Origin: Candidatus Moranbacteria bacterium GW2011_GWE2_35_2-
GTDB lineage: Bacteria > Patescibacteriota > Minisyncoccia > Moranbacterales > UBA9337
Direction: 5' to 3'
Assembly (NCBI GenBank): GCA_000990585.1
Contig: LBQD01000002.1
Location: 56,016 to 120,015 of the forward strand
DNA length: 64,000 bases
Positions 9,867 to 19,158 of this stretch are shown piece by piece (the first letter of the stretch is position 1; each line of letters starts with the position of its first letter). The translations under genes and the position numbers were made by a program. Below the pieces are notes generated by a model. It was not told where the DNA came from. It worked only from the letters and a program-made list of their open reading frames with translations, and made no database searches.

Positions 9867-10157
9867 TTATATTTTTCCGCGAAATTTCTCGTATTGGGGA
9901 AATTCGTCGAGAAATTTATTCTTCAACTTGGCGCGGAAGAAAAATCCTACTGCGTACACTAGAATAATAAGCAATGAACAACTGAAAAAAATGAAGATAT
10001 CAAGATTTACTTTGAGTGTAGATGCTATAATATCTCCTCCCAATCCTAACCCAAGTATTCCAAAGGTGAGCAGTAACCCCAAAATAATTTTGCAAGGACT
10101 GGAGTTATCTTCAAGATATTTGAGAAACTTTTCCTTTGCGATTTGCTCCGGATTCAT
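9867..10157 (-). CDS. Small hypothetical membrane protein
   Basis: 96-aa ORF with two hydrophobic segments (ILGLLLTFGILGLGLGG; SLLIILVYAVGFFF). Confidence 0.4.
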   Translation of the reverse strand: MNPEQIAKEKFLKYLEDNSSPCKIILGLLLTFGILGLGLGGDIIASTLKVNLDIFIFFSCSLLIILVYAVGFFFRAKLKNKFLDEFPQYEKFRGKI

Positions 10158-10194
10158 GGTTGTTCTCCTTTGTTTTTGGTGTTGCGAATAGAAT

Positions 10195-10401
10195 TCAACC
10201 TATTTTGTAAATTAATATCACGTTTCCGTTAGGAGATTTTTGATCTGCAATTAATTCTCCATTTATGATAATATCTCCATCGGTTAGGATAATCTTATCA
10301 CCAACTTTAGGAGAAAGAAATTGTTTTTCTTTAATACAAGCACAGAATCCGTATCGTAGTAATGATTGCATTTCATCAAACGTGATAGTTTTAGTTATCA
10401 T
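10195..10401 (-). CDS. Small hypothetical protein
   Basis: 68-aa ORF, divergent from the TrmB-like regulator; no motif recognised. Confidence 0.3.
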   Translation of the reverse strand: MITKTITFDEMQSLLRYGFCACIKEKQFLSPKVGDKIILTDGDIIINGELIADQKSPNGNVILIYKIG

Positions 10402-10592
10402 ACCCCCTCCTGTAGCATGTTTTTAGTAGTAAAACCCCTTCTTATTAAAGAACCTGAAAATATAACACCTTACAATGTGAGTGTCAATATGGATTGTTTT
10501 AGTTTTCAAAGTATTTATCGATTTGACTTAATTTAAGGGATAAATTAGTATATAAATAACGACGAAAATTATCGTCATTAATATATTCTGAC

Positions 10593-11333
10593 ATGAATTT
10601 AAAAGAAAGACTTAAACAACTGGATTTAGGCGAAAAGGAAATCGAAGTTTATATTTCAATACTTAAGCAAAAGCAAACCACGATCACTAGAATTGCCGAT
10701 TCAGCAGGGATCAAAAGAACTTCGGTTTACCATTGTTTGGAAAATTTGATTAAAAAAGGCTTGATAAGCAGAATAAGCAAAGATGGCAGGAATTATTATA
10801 ACGCGGAAGATCCTAAGGAAAGTTTTAGTAATATTTTGAATGAAAAAAAGGAAATCATATTGTCATTGATTCCGAAAGTAAAAGAAATATATGGACAGTC
10901 TGGGAGTTTTCCTGAAATAAAGATTTATCATAATTTGGCGGGAATTAAGAAGATATTTGAAGATCTTTTGTCATGCAAAGAAAAAATCAATAGATATTAT
11001 CTGTCCGGATTTTTATTGGAAGGTATTCTGGGAAAAGAATTTGTCGATGATTTTGTAATGAAGAGAGTAAAAAAGGGAATTAAAAGTTTCTCTTTGCGAA
11101 CGTTTGCGTATAAACCTGAAAGGGAGAAAGGAGAAATACATTCTAAGCAGCTTCGCGAAGTAAGATTTATTCCGGAAAATGTCATCATAAAGCCATATAT
11201 GGTGATTTATGATGACAAGGTGGTTGTAATTTCCACCAAAGAGGAGAAAATCGGCTTTGTGATTCAATCCAAGGAATATGCTGATGCGCAAAAGGCTCTG
11301 TTTGATATGATTTGGAACAATGCAGCGATTTAG
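10593..11333 (+). CDS. TrmB-family HTH transcriptional regulator (paralog 1 of 3)
   Basis: N-terminal winged helix LGEKEIEVYISILKQKQTTITRIADSAGIKRTSVYHCLENLIKKGLI. Its C-terminal domain ends in a shared FDMIWNN-type motif. Confidence 0.65.
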   Translation: MNLKERLKQLDLGEKEIEVYISILKQKQTTITRIADSAGIKRTSVYHCLENLIKKGLISRISKDGRNYYNAEDPKESFSNILNEKKEIILSLIPKVKEIYGQSGSFPEIKIYHNLAGIKKIFEDLLSCKEKINRYYLSGFLLEGILGKEFVDDFVMKRVKKGIKSFSLRTFAYKPEREKGEIHSKQLREVRFIPENVIIKPYMVIYDDKVVVISTKEEKIGFVIQSKEYADAQKALFDMIWNNAAI

Positions 11334-11347
11334 ATTAAAAAATATTT

Positions 11348-11656
11348 ATGAAAAAATATCATAAAATCGATGAAAAAAAGGAAAAGCTGGCATATCGAAC
11401 TTTGGCGACTTTTCGGAGCAAGGTTTTTGATGTTGTGCGCGAAATTCCAAAGGGAAAAACTTTGACATACAAGCAAGTGGCGGAAAAAGTTGGAAGTCCG
11501 AAGGCTTATCGGGCGGTGGGCAACATCCTGAACAAAAATTTCGATCCCGAAATCCCGTGCCATCGCGTCATCCGTTCGGACGGAAAAATCGGCGGGTATA
11601 ATCGCGGTGAAGATAAAAAACGGGAAATTTTGGAAAAAGAAAGGAAAACAGGGTGA
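11348..11656 (+). CDS. ogt: Methylated-DNA-protein-cysteine S-methyltransferase, DNA-binding/active-site domain (Ogt/MGMT-like, ~100 aa)
   Basis: Active-site motif IPCHRVIRSDGKIGGY preceded by the AYRAVGNIL helix. Confidence 0.8.
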   Translation: MKKYHKIDEKKEKLAYRTLATFRSKVFDVVREIPKGKTLTYKQVAEKVGSPKAYRAVGNILNKNFDPEIPCHRVIRSDGKIGGYNRGEDKKREILEKERKTG

Positions 11657-11671
11657 ATATTTACCCTATAG

Positions 11672-11857
11672 TATTTACTTATATGTAAAAAGATTATCGA
11701 TAGAAAGATATTAATAATTAATGACGCGACTGGATCAGGCGCGACTCTCAATGAAACCGCGCGCAAAATCCGCAATATAGCCGATAAAAATATTAAAATT
11801 AGTGGATATTCGGTCGTGGGAAGTTATAAGGGGTTCGATGTGATTAGTGAAGTGTAG
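11672..11857 (+). pseudogene. 3' remnant of a ComF-like phosphoribosyltransferase gene (no start codon)
   Basis: Open frame without initiator encodes ...INDATGSGATLNETARKIRN..., a PRPP-binding-loop motif typical of ComF/PRTase C-termini. It ends at TAG 11855-11857. Confidence 0.5.
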
Positions 11858-11889
11858 GTCTTGTTGAAAAATAAAAAAACAAACAGAAT

Positions 11890-11985
11890 AATGAAAATGC
11901 TTTTGAAAAAATATTTTGGGTTTGAGGAGTTTCGGCCTTTGCAGGGGGAGATTATTTCCAATACGTTGGCAGGGAGGGTGATCTT
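11890..11985 (+). pseudogene. Duplicated 5' fragment of recQ (about 95 bp, ~90% identical to 13409-13503)
   Basis: Encodes [29 protein letters not shown] versus authentic Rec[30 protein letters not shown]. It then diverges and terminates. Confidence 0.8.
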
Positions 11986-12042
11986 GCAAAATATGCGATT
12001 GTATGATATTATACATTTAGTATAACAAATACGTTATACAAT

Positions 12043-12642
12043 ATGTTAAATTATACTAAAATTATGTCGAAAATGGCTAAAAAACTGAATATTTTACATC
12101 AAAGCGGGCAAACGGTTTTTTCTACCAATGAGCTGATGCTACATTGGAGTATCGAAAATAAAAAGATTTTGTATACTCAAATTTCCCGCGCCAAAGAGCA
12201 AGGTTTTTTGAGAACAATCCAGCGAGGTTTGTATGCTCTGGATGGTTTGGAAGTTGACAGACTGGAGTTGGCGGGAAACCTGAAAAAAAAATCGTACATA
12301 AGTTTTGAAACTGTCCTGGCAAAAAACGGATTAATCAACCAGTGGTACGGTTCATATTTTTTGGCATCGGACAGGGAAGCGGATATTGAAAATGAGTATG
12401 GAAAATTCAATTACAGAAAACTGTCTGAAAAGATTTTGAATAATCGTTTGGGGATAATCGATAGCGGTCATTATTTTACAGCTGGCACCGAAAGAGCTAT
12501 CTGCGATTATTTTTACAAAGTCGGCTTTCAACAGCTTGATGACTTGGAGGAAATCGACCAAAACAAGCTTATTGAAATATCTAAAATTTATCACAATAAA
12601 AGGTTGGAAAAAGATATTTTAAAATTAACTAAATTGTTATGA
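12043..12642 (+). CDS. Putative AbiEi-like antitoxin / transcriptional regulator, partner of the nucleotidyltransferase below
   Basis: 199-aa ORF whose stop overlaps the start of the AbiEii-like gene (ATGA overlap). Position and size fit type IV TA antitoxins; no strong motif recognised. Confidence 0.45.
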   Translation: MLNYTKIMSKMAKKLNILHQSGQTVFSTNELMLHWSIENKKILYTQISRAKEQGFLRTIQRGLYALDGLEVDRLELAGNLKKKSYISFETVLAKNGLINQWYGSYFLASDREADIENEYGKFNYRKLSEKILNNRLGIIDSGHYFTAGTERAICDYFYKVGFQQLDDLEEIDQNKLIEISKIYHNKRLEKDILKLTKLL

Positions 12643-13355
12643 AATTGGACAAAAGCGAACACAGAAGAATAATGCTAAAAATATTGGGAGATATTTCAGC
12701 CGATCCTCTCCTGGCCAATAATCTTGGTTTTAAAGGCGGCACTGCCTGTTATTTTTTGCATGGTTTGGATCGATTTTCAGTCGATCTTGATTTTGATTTG
12801 CTAGACAAAGAAAGGGAAGAGGAAATAAAAAAACGTCTTTTGGAAATTTTGAGTAAATATGGGTCAATCAAAACAAAAACTGCTATTAAGGTCAGGTATT
12901 CCGATGATTGTCAGGCTTTGAAAATAGATCTTTCAAACAGATATGAAAACAACAAGCGGAATAAATATCAAGTCAAGGATATAGTCTCGGGAATATCCTT
13001 GAAAGTTTTGCGCAAAGAAGATATTTTTGCCCATAAATTGGTGGCGCTCACTGACAGGAGCGCTTCCGGTCAAAGTGGCACTGCTTTTATCGCAAATCGC
13101 GATTTGTATGATATTTATTTTTTCTTCAAAAACGGATGGCATTATAACAAAGAAATTATTGAGTATCAAACAAATAAAAAAGTTAAAGATTATTTGGGAT
13201 ATGCCTCTAAGTTTATAGAAAAATATTCCAACGAGTCGAATATTTTGGACAGACTCGGAGATTTGGTGGATGATGAAAAAAAAGATTGGGTTAAAAAAAA
13301 TCTGAAAAGCGAAATATTGAAACAGTTGGCGATAGAAGTTAAATCATTGGATTAA
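12639..13355 (+). CDS. AbiEii/DUF1814-family nucleotidyltransferase toxin (type IV TA / abortive infection)
   Basis: Signature LGFKGGTACYFLHGLDRFSVDLDFDLLD matches the conserved GGTAL...RFSxDLDF motif of AbiEii nucleotidyltransferases. Confidence 0.7.
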   Translation: MKLDKSEHRRIMLKILGDISADPLLANNLGFKGGTACYFLHGLDRFSVDLDFDLLDKEREEEIKKRLLEILSKYGSIKTKTAIKVRYSDDCQALKIDLSNRYENNKRNKYQVKDIVSGISLKVLRKEDIFAHKLVALTDRSASGQSGTAFIANRDLYDIYFFFKNGWHYNKEIIEYQTNKKVKDYLGYASKFIEKYSNESNILDRLGDLVDDEKKDWVKKNLKSEILKQLAIEVKSLD

Positions 13356-13408
13356 GATATTTTCGGATTTATGTAGGATAACTTACCAGACAAATAATTT
13401 TACAAAAA

Positions 13409-15571
13409 ATGAAAACACTTTTGAAAAAATATTTCGGGTTTGAGGAGTTTCGGCCTTTGCAGGAGGAGATTATTTCCAATATTCTGGCGGGGAGGGACAC
13501 TTTTGTTTTGATGCCTACCGGCGGAGGAAAATCTCTTTGCTATCAGCTTCCCGCGCTCAAATTTCCCGGAATCACGATCGTGATTTCTCCTTTGATCGCC
13601 CTGATGAAAGACCAGGTTGATTCGCTGAAGGCCAACGGTGTGGCGGCGGAATTTTTGAATTCTTCGCTTTCTGTCGGGGAAATCGGGAAAATAAAAGATG
13701 AAGCGCAGAAGGGAAAGGTCAAAATTCTTTACATTGCTCCGGAACGTATGGCGATGCGGGATTTCGAGGATTTTCTGATCGGACTGAAACCCAGTTTGAT
13801 CGCGGTGGACGAAGCGCATTGTATTTCGGAGTGGGGACATGATTTCCGTCCGGATTATCGCAATCTTCGAAGGCTCAAGGATATTTTTCCCGGCGTGCCG
13901 ATTGTGGCGCTTACCGCGACGGCAACGGAAAAGGTACGAGAAGATATTTTGAGTCAGCTCAATTTCCGAAACCACAAAACATTCATTTCCAGTTTCAATC
14001 GGGAAAATTTGTTCTTTCGCGTGGTGGAAAAAAGAAACGCTTTTCCTAAATTATTGAAATTATTGGAAAACCGCAAGAAGGACTCCGTGATAATTTATTG
14101 TTTTTCCAGGAAAGATACGGAAAAAGTGGCCGCTGATTTGCGGGCGGAAGGTTTTTCGGCGTTGGCATACCATGCCGGATTGGATTCAGCGAAGCGGAAA
14201 AAGGCGCAGGAGGCGTTTATTCGCGATAAGGCGAATATTATCGTAGCGACAATCGCTTTCGGAATGGGAATTGACAAACCGAATGTCCGCTTGGTGGTGC
14301 ATTATACTTTTCCCAAATCACTGGAAGGATATTATCAAGAAGTCGGGCGCGCGGGACGGGATGGACTTCCGGCGGAATGCGTGATGTTTTACACCTATGC
14401 CGATGCGCGTAAGCACCAATATTTCCTAAACGACATTTCCGATGAGAAATTACGCGCTCAAACGGAGAAAAAACTGCAAGAAGTGATGGATTATGCCGAT
14501 TTGGAATTTTGCCGGAGGCGGCATCTTCTTTCCTACTTTGGTGAAAAATATGAAAAGGAAAATTGTGGCGCATGCGACGCGTGTCTTTCGGATAAAAAAG
14601 AAAAAGAAATGTTTGACGCGACAATTGTGGCGCAAAAGATTCTTTCCGCCATCGTCCGAACCGGACAAAGATTCGGCGCGGGATATATTGTTGACATATT
14701 GAAAGGAAAAAATATCAAGGCGATACGGGATAGAAAACACGACAAACTTTCGGTTTTCGGCATTGTTTCCGATTTTTCAGCCGATCAACTTCGGGAAATA
14801 ACTCGTTCGCTTGTCGGAATGGGATTGGTTGAAAAAGCGTCCGGGGAATATCCTGTTTTGCAATTGACACCCCGAGGCAAGAAATTTTTAAACGACAAGG
14901 AGAAGTTGGAATTGCCGAAACCGAAAGAGGAGGAGATTTTTGATGACAGCTTCAAGGTTGAGGATGATTTTAAATATGACGGACAATTGTTTGAAAAATT
15001 GCGCTCGCTTCGGCGGGAGATTGCCAATAACTTGAACGTTCCGCCATTTGTGGTTTTTTCTGATGTATCGTTGCGGGAAATGGCGTATTATTTTCCCTCA
15101 AATGAAACCGATTTTTTGCGGATTGCGGGTGTGGGGGAATTGAAGCTCAAAAATTTTGGAAAAAAGTTTTTGCAGGAAATAAACCGGTATGCAAAAGAAA
15201 AAAACATTGCGCCCAAAGAATTTTCTTCTATTAGCGAGAAAAAAATAAAAGTGAAAAAAGAAATCGGAAGTGTTTCCGGTGGAACTTTTCGAATTACGCG
15301 GGAATTCTTGAAAAAGAAAATTTCACTAGCTGAAATTGCCAAAGAGCGTCACTTGACCGAAGGAACGATTATTTCACATATTGAAAAAATAATCAATTCC
15401 GGAGAAAAATTGGATATTGACTATTTAAAACCGGAAAAAGAAATTTTTAAAGAAGTCAAAAAAGCTTTTGAGAAATGCGGAACGGGCGCCTTAAGTCCGG
15501 TATACAGGCAACTAAATGGAAAATATGATTACGATATGATTCGGCTGGTAAGGGTGTTTTTGGAAAAATAA
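13409..15571 (+). CDS. recQ: ATP-dependent DNA helicase RecQ
   Basis: Walker [18 protein letters not shown]; DEAH box [20 protein letters not shown]; Zn-binding [12 protein letters not shown]...CGACDAC; C-terminal HRDC-like region. Confidence 0.9.
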   Translation: MKTLLKKYFGFEEFRPLQEEIISNILAGRDTFVLMPTGGGKSLCYQLPALKFPGITIVISPLIALMKDQVDSLKANGVAAEFLNSSLSVGEIGKIKDEAQKGKVKILYIAPERMAMRDFEDFLIGLKPSLIAVDEAHCISEWGHDFRPDYRNLRRLKDIFPGVPIVALTATATEKVREDILSQLNFRNHKTFISSFNRENLFFRVVEKRNAFPKLLKLLENRKKDSVIIYCFSRKDTEKVAADLRAEGFSALAYHAGLDSAKRKKAQEAFIRDKANIIVATIAFGMGIDKPNVRLVVHYTFPKSLEGYYQEVGRAGRDGLPAECVMFYTYADARKHQYFLNDISDEKLRAQTEKKLQEVMDYADLEFCRRRHLLSYFGEKYEKENCGACDACLSDKKEKEMFDATIVAQKILSAIVRTGQRFGAGYIVDILKGKNIKAIRDRKHDKLSVFGIVSDFSADQLREITRSLVGMGLVEKASGEYPVLQLTPRGKKFLNDKEKLELPKPKEEEIFDDSFKVEDDFKYDGQLFEKLRSLRREIANNLNVPPFVVFSDVSLREMAYYFPSNETDFLRIAGVGELKLKNFGKKFLQEINRYAKEKNIAPKEFSSISEKKIKVKKEIGSVSGGTFRITREFLKKKISLAEIAKERHLTEGTIISHIEKIINSGEKLDIDYLKPEKEIFKEVKKAFEKCGTGALSPVYRQLNGKYDYDMIRLVRVFLEK

Positions 15572-15640
15572 AAAAATCCCGGAAACTTTGCTGTCATATT
15601 TGACAGACGCGATGAGTTTGCAGGATTTTTTCTGCGGAAT

Positions 15641-16006
15641 CTAGTGTAATTTAGATAAGGTACACTCTAATTCATTTAGGAATATCGGTTTTTGTACGCA
15701 GAGTATTTTGTGTTGTTTGGAAAAATTCAAACATTCCTCTGAGATATAGCCAGTGATAAGAATAATTTTTTTTTCAATTCCCGGATTGTCTTTCATTGCT
15801 AATCTGCAGACCTCCAGCCCGTTCATAGCAGGCATTCCGACATCTAGGATGATGGCGTGAAAATTTTCAAGTTTTATTTTTAACAATGCTAAATTTCCTT
15901 CAGACACAGTGATTACTTCCCATTTTTTTCCGAAAAAAGTTTTAAATATTTCCAAAATTGTTATTTCATCATCAACTACTAAAATTTTTTTCTTTTTATT
16001 TAATAT
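15641..16006 (-). CDS. Single-domain response regulator (CheY-like receiver)
   Basis: Receiver motifs KKKKILVVDDE and ILDVGMPAMNGLEV. The ORF finder began at an internal TTG (15955). The upstream extension holds the DD pocket and a perfect AAGGAG RBS (16013-16018), but the only available initiator is a non-canonical ATA at 16004-16006. Confidence 0.6.
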   Translation of the reverse strand: MLNKKKKILVVDDEITILEIFKTFFGKKWEVITVSEGNLALLKIKLENFHAIILDVGMPAMNGLEVCRLAMKDNPGIEKKIILITGYISEECLNFSKQHKILCVQKPIFLNELECTLSKLH

Positions 16007-16186
16007 TTTCTTCTCCTTTTTAAGGAACTATTTGAAAACCCCTCATCATTTCTTTGTTAATTACTACGAAAAAGATATTTTAAAATTTCCCGATTATTTT
16101 TTGCTGAAATATTTCATTTGTGTATATTAAGAAATAAAAAATATTTTCGAAAAATCGTCACCTTTGCCGAAGAACAAAACATCGAC

Positions 16187-16258
16187 ATGATCCTCGAAAC
16201 CGAACACGAAAAAGTCATGGCCGACATCGCCCTCCTAAAATCCTTTCGCGGGAAATAA
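16187..16258 (+). repeat. Repeat copy A: a gene 3'-end fragment (…ILETEHEKVMADIALLKSFRGK*) followed by a hairpin; paralogous to 18975-19046
   Basis: About 75 bp, ~88% identical to the second copy; both end with TAA and a GC hairpin. Confidence 0.7.
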
Positions 16259-16308
16259 AAAAGCAGGGGCTATATTAAGCTCCCTGCTGATTTATTTATT
16301 AACCTTGA

Positions 16309-16836
16309 TTATCGTTGATTATTAATATGCTTACCACTAAGCAATCCCTCCATTAAGCCCTTCCAGTTTTTTATTAATTTTTCGTCCTCCACAATTAATG
16401 CATTGTAGCATTCCGGATAAATCATTACATCGCCCACAGTAAAAGGGGCGCCATTAGAAGATCCCATCCAAAGATCAAATGCTTTGCCAATAGCATCTTG
16501 ATGATGATTTGCATCTGTAATGATTCCAATTTTCTTTACTCCATACTGCAATGCTTTTAATACAATTACGAGACCAGTGGCTGCTTCAACGCAAACTTCT
16601 TCATCATGAGGCGAAGGAAGATTTATATCGGTTAATACAATATCAAATTCTGCAAGATTCATGCTTGGTTTGTCATGCCAACAATCACGAAATGTCTCAA
16701 AGAAATCAATGAAACTTTCCATAATAGTTAGGTCATGATCTGATAACTGCTTTCTTGCAGCTTCTTGATGAATAGGATTGTCTTCGATAATTAAAATTTT
16801 CATAGCAACCTCCTTCTCAGTTTTTATTAATAACAT
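16309..16836 (-). CDS. Hypothetical protein with a degenerate receiver-like N-terminus
   Basis: MKILIIEDNP... start resembles a REC domain and FDIVLTDINLP resembles the phospho-acceptor region, but the rest is not a canonical REC. It overlaps the upstream 68-aa ORF by 20 nt, so they are probably in one operon. Confidence 0.4.
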   Translation of the reverse strand: MLLIKTEKEVAMKILIIEDNPIHQEAARKQLSDHDLTIMESFIDFFETFRDCWHDKPSMNLAEFDIVLTDINLPSPHDEEVCVEAATGLVIVLKALQYGVKKIGIITDANHHQDAIGKAFDLWMGSSNGAPFTVGDVMIYPECYNALIVEDEKLIKNWKGLMEGLLSGKHINNQR

Positions 16837-17023
16837 CTATGGCCCTTGCCTGAACTTCTTCATCAAGCTCGCTTATTTTGAAAAACAACTCATTCTCCAT
16901 GCCAAGATAAATAGATTGAATAACCTTATCCATAATTGCAAATACACATTTGCAATTATAAATTTCTCTCCCAGTATCATTAGCAGAAAACAACCTCATT
17001 ATAAATTGCCTCTTCTCTGTCAT
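16817..17023 (-). CDS. Small hypothetical protein
   Basis: 68-aa ORF, first gene of the minus-strand operon that runs divergently from the TrmB-like regulator. Confidence 0.3.
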   Translation of the reverse strand: MTEKRQFIMRLFSANDTGREIYNCKCVFAIMDKVIQSIYLGMENELFFKISELDEEVQARAIDVINKN

Positions 17024-17208
17024 AGCAAATCTCCTTGCGTTTTAAGCCTGCTTACTGTTTAATTGTTAAAAAACTTCCTAAGTTATATTAAGATTTTTAT
17101 CTTAACAAGCTATTATATTCCCAAATCAACAAAATGTCAATAATTCCGTGTGTTTTATTGATATATTCATAATATTGCCTTAAAATAAACCTTATTGCAC
17201 TCTAAATA

Positions 17209-18069
17209 TTGACAATTTTATCGTTGTTTGTTAAGATGGCAGTAAATATGAGCCTAGAAAAAGACCTACAATCTATCGGCCTGGAAGAAAAAGAAGCCAA
17301 AATATACTTGGCCGCTCTTGAGCTTGGGTCGACCAATATCCAAGATCTGGCCGAAAAGGCGGACATCAAGCGCAGTACGGTCTATGAGATTTTGAAAAAA
17401 CTTGAGCCGATGGGTCTGATTACCGAATCCATCAAGGGTAAAAGGAAAACATACATCGCTTCCGGACCGGAAAAACTCAAAAAAAATATCAAAGAAAAAG
17501 AACAACTCATAAATCATATCCTTCCCGAGCTAAAATCTTTAAACAACACCGGAAATATAAAACCTAAGATAACTTATTACGAAGGCCGAGACGGACTCCG
17601 ACAAATTTATAATCTAGCGCTCGAAACCACCACTAAAAAAGTTGACTGGGTTTCGCCTATTCGGGCAGTCATGGACACGGTGGGTGAAAAGTTTCTAGAA
17701 GAATATATCGAAAAAAGAGCCAAGGAAAAATATTGGATCCGATCTATCCAAATCACTGAGCAACAAGTCGACACATACAAATATTTGGACCCAACAACTT
17801 TTGACAAAACCTACCGCCGCGTAAAATTTTCTCCGCCTGGCATCGATATTCCCAACACTATGGCTATTTGGGATAACAAAGTAGCTGTTATTAGCACCCG
17901 AAAAGAAGGATTTGGCTTCATCATTGAAAGCACTGACTATACCCGCTCCATGAAAGTTTTCTACGATCTCCTTTGGAACATCAGCAAATCCTGGGGCAAC
18001 ATGGATTTCAACAACAAAAACCCGCAAAATTCCGAGTTGACTGAAAAAGATGATACTTATTGGAAATAA
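17209..18069 (+). CDS. TrmB-family HTH transcriptional regulator (paralog 2 of 3)
   Basis: N-terminal wHTH LEEKEAKIYLAALELGSTNIQDLAEKADIKRSTVYEILKKLEPMGLI. C-terminal region ends in FYDLLWN, like the other paralogs. Confidence 0.65.
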   Translation: MTILSLFVKMAVNMSLEKDLQSIGLEEKEAKIYLAALELGSTNIQDLAEKADIKRSTVYEILKKLEPMGLITESIKGKRKTYIASGPEKLKKNIKEKEQLINHILPELKSLNNTGNIKPKITYYEGRDGLRQIYNLALETTTKKVDWVSPIRAVMDTVGEKFLEEYIEKRAKEKYWIRSIQITEQQVDTYKYLDPTTFDKTYRRVKFSPPGIDIPNTMAIWDNKVAVISTRKEGFGFIIESTDYTRSMKVFYDLLWNISKSWGNMDFNNKNPQNSELTEKDDTYWK

Positions 18070-18132
18070 AAAAAACCTTCTCCCATCTCAATTTACCCAA
18101 CATAACCAATCCCAATCTTTAAAAAATAATCA

Positions 18133-18168
18133 TTTAGTCAATTATATGCATATGCACAATATTGACTA
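18133..18168. repeat. 36-bp imperfect palindrome (ttagtcaattatatgcatatgcacaatattgactaa), upstream copy
   Basis: Internal dyad TTAGTCAAT/ATTGACTAA around TATGCATATGCA. A second copy (~80% identical) sits at 18888-18923, so the two flank gene 18234..18851. Confidence 0.75.
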
Positions 18169-18233
18169 ATATATCATTCGTAGCTATTATCATATTGCAT
18201 TTAACTTACTATATGCCAATCAAAAAATAAACT

Positions 18234-18851
18234 ATGCGAAAACCCTCCTTTTCAAAAAAATCACAGAATCTGCTTGAAAACTTCATCGAATCCGACACCT
18301 TCACTGCCACTGCCGGCAAATTTTTATTAATGACCTTAGCGTTAGGTGGAATTGTTTTTGCCGGAGCACTTGCTCCCGGCATCCTGCTGGCCACAAAAAA
18401 GAAAAAGCATTTTCATAAATACAATCCCAAACAGCTTCAAAATGCTATCTATAATCTCAAGAAGAGAAATCTAATTGAAATCATTCAAGAGGGTAACACC
18501 AAAACAAAAGTCCGTCTCACTAACAAGGGCAATGAGCGAGTCCGCGAATTTTGTTTTGAGACATTGAGGATAACCAAACCGAAGCGCTGGGACAAAAAAT
18601 GGCGGATTCTGATCTTTGATATACCCACCAGCCCTAAGATATATAACCAGGCACGCAATGCATTGCGAGAAAAAATAAAAAAACTGGGTTTCTACCAGAT
18701 GCAAAAAAGCGTTTGGGTCTGCCCCTATGAATGCGAGGATGAGATTCTTTTTGTCGCCGAAGCCTTTAGTGTTCAAAAATATATCGAGATTATCACCGCT
18801 GAAAAACTTCTGCATGAAAATTACCTCAAGAAAAAATTCAACTTAAACTAA
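18234..18851 (+). CDS. Hypothetical protein with an N-terminal TM segment, a winged-helix-like region and a C-terminal PaaX-like region (tentative)
   Basis: TM FLLMTLALGGIVFAGALAPGILLA; wHTH-like NLKKRNLIEIIQEGNTKTKVRLTNKG; C-terminal WRILIFDIPTSPK...LGFYQMQKSVWVCPYE resembles PaaX_C / Cas2-like folds. Assignment is by resemblance only. Confidence 0.35.
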   Translation: MRKPSFSKKSQNLLENFIESDTFTATAGKFLLMTLALGGIVFAGALAPGILLATKKKKHFHKYNPKQLQNAIYNLKKRNLIEIIQEGNTKTKVRLTNKGNERVREFCFETLRITKPKRWDKKWRILIFDIPTSPKIYNQARNALREKIKKLGFYQMQKSVWVCPYECEDEILFVAEAFSVQKYIEIITAEKLLHENYLKKKFNLN

Positions 18852-18887
18852 AGTTCACTAAATTAAATATCATTCCTATCCACCAAT

Positions 18888-18923
18888 TAGTCAGATATGT
18901 GCATATGCATAAAATTGACCAAC
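18888..18923. repeat. 36-bp imperfect palindrome, downstream copy (ttagtcagatatgtgcatatgcataaaattgaccaa)
   Basis: Paralogous to 18133-18168. Confidence 0.75.
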
Positions 18924-18974
18924 AAGTTAACTTTGATGATGTACAACTACTATCATTTTTGTTAACAATTTTGC

Positions 18975-19046
18975 ATCCTCGAAACCGAACACGGAAAAGT
19001 CATGGTTAACATCACTCTCCTAAAATCCTTTCGCGGGAAATAAAAA
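18975..19046 (+). repeat. Repeat copy B: the same gene 3'-end fragment (…ILETEHGKVMVNITLLKSFRGK*) followed by a hairpin
   Basis: Aligns with 16187-16258. Its open frame is only 24 codons, so it is a remnant. Confidence 0.7.
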
Positions 19047-19158
19047 AGGTGGAGAACTGCGATGAGTTTTCCACCTTCTAGTAATCTCGATGAGAGAGGC
19101 AAGAAAGTTAGATTCAACTTTCTTGCCCAAACCACAATCACCTCTATTTTTAATCACC

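Noticed and set aside
13400-13975. 191-aa minus-strand ORF
   Set aside because: It is fully antisense to the strongly supported recQ coding region, an overlapping-frame artefact.
18234-18851. Possibility that this gene is a bona fide CRISPR Cas2
   Set aside because: Only the C-terminal ~60 aa give a Cas2/VapD-like impression. The protein is twice Cas2 length with a TM anchor and a wHTH, and no cas1 or repeat array is present. I treat it as a PaaX-like/unknown regulator instead.
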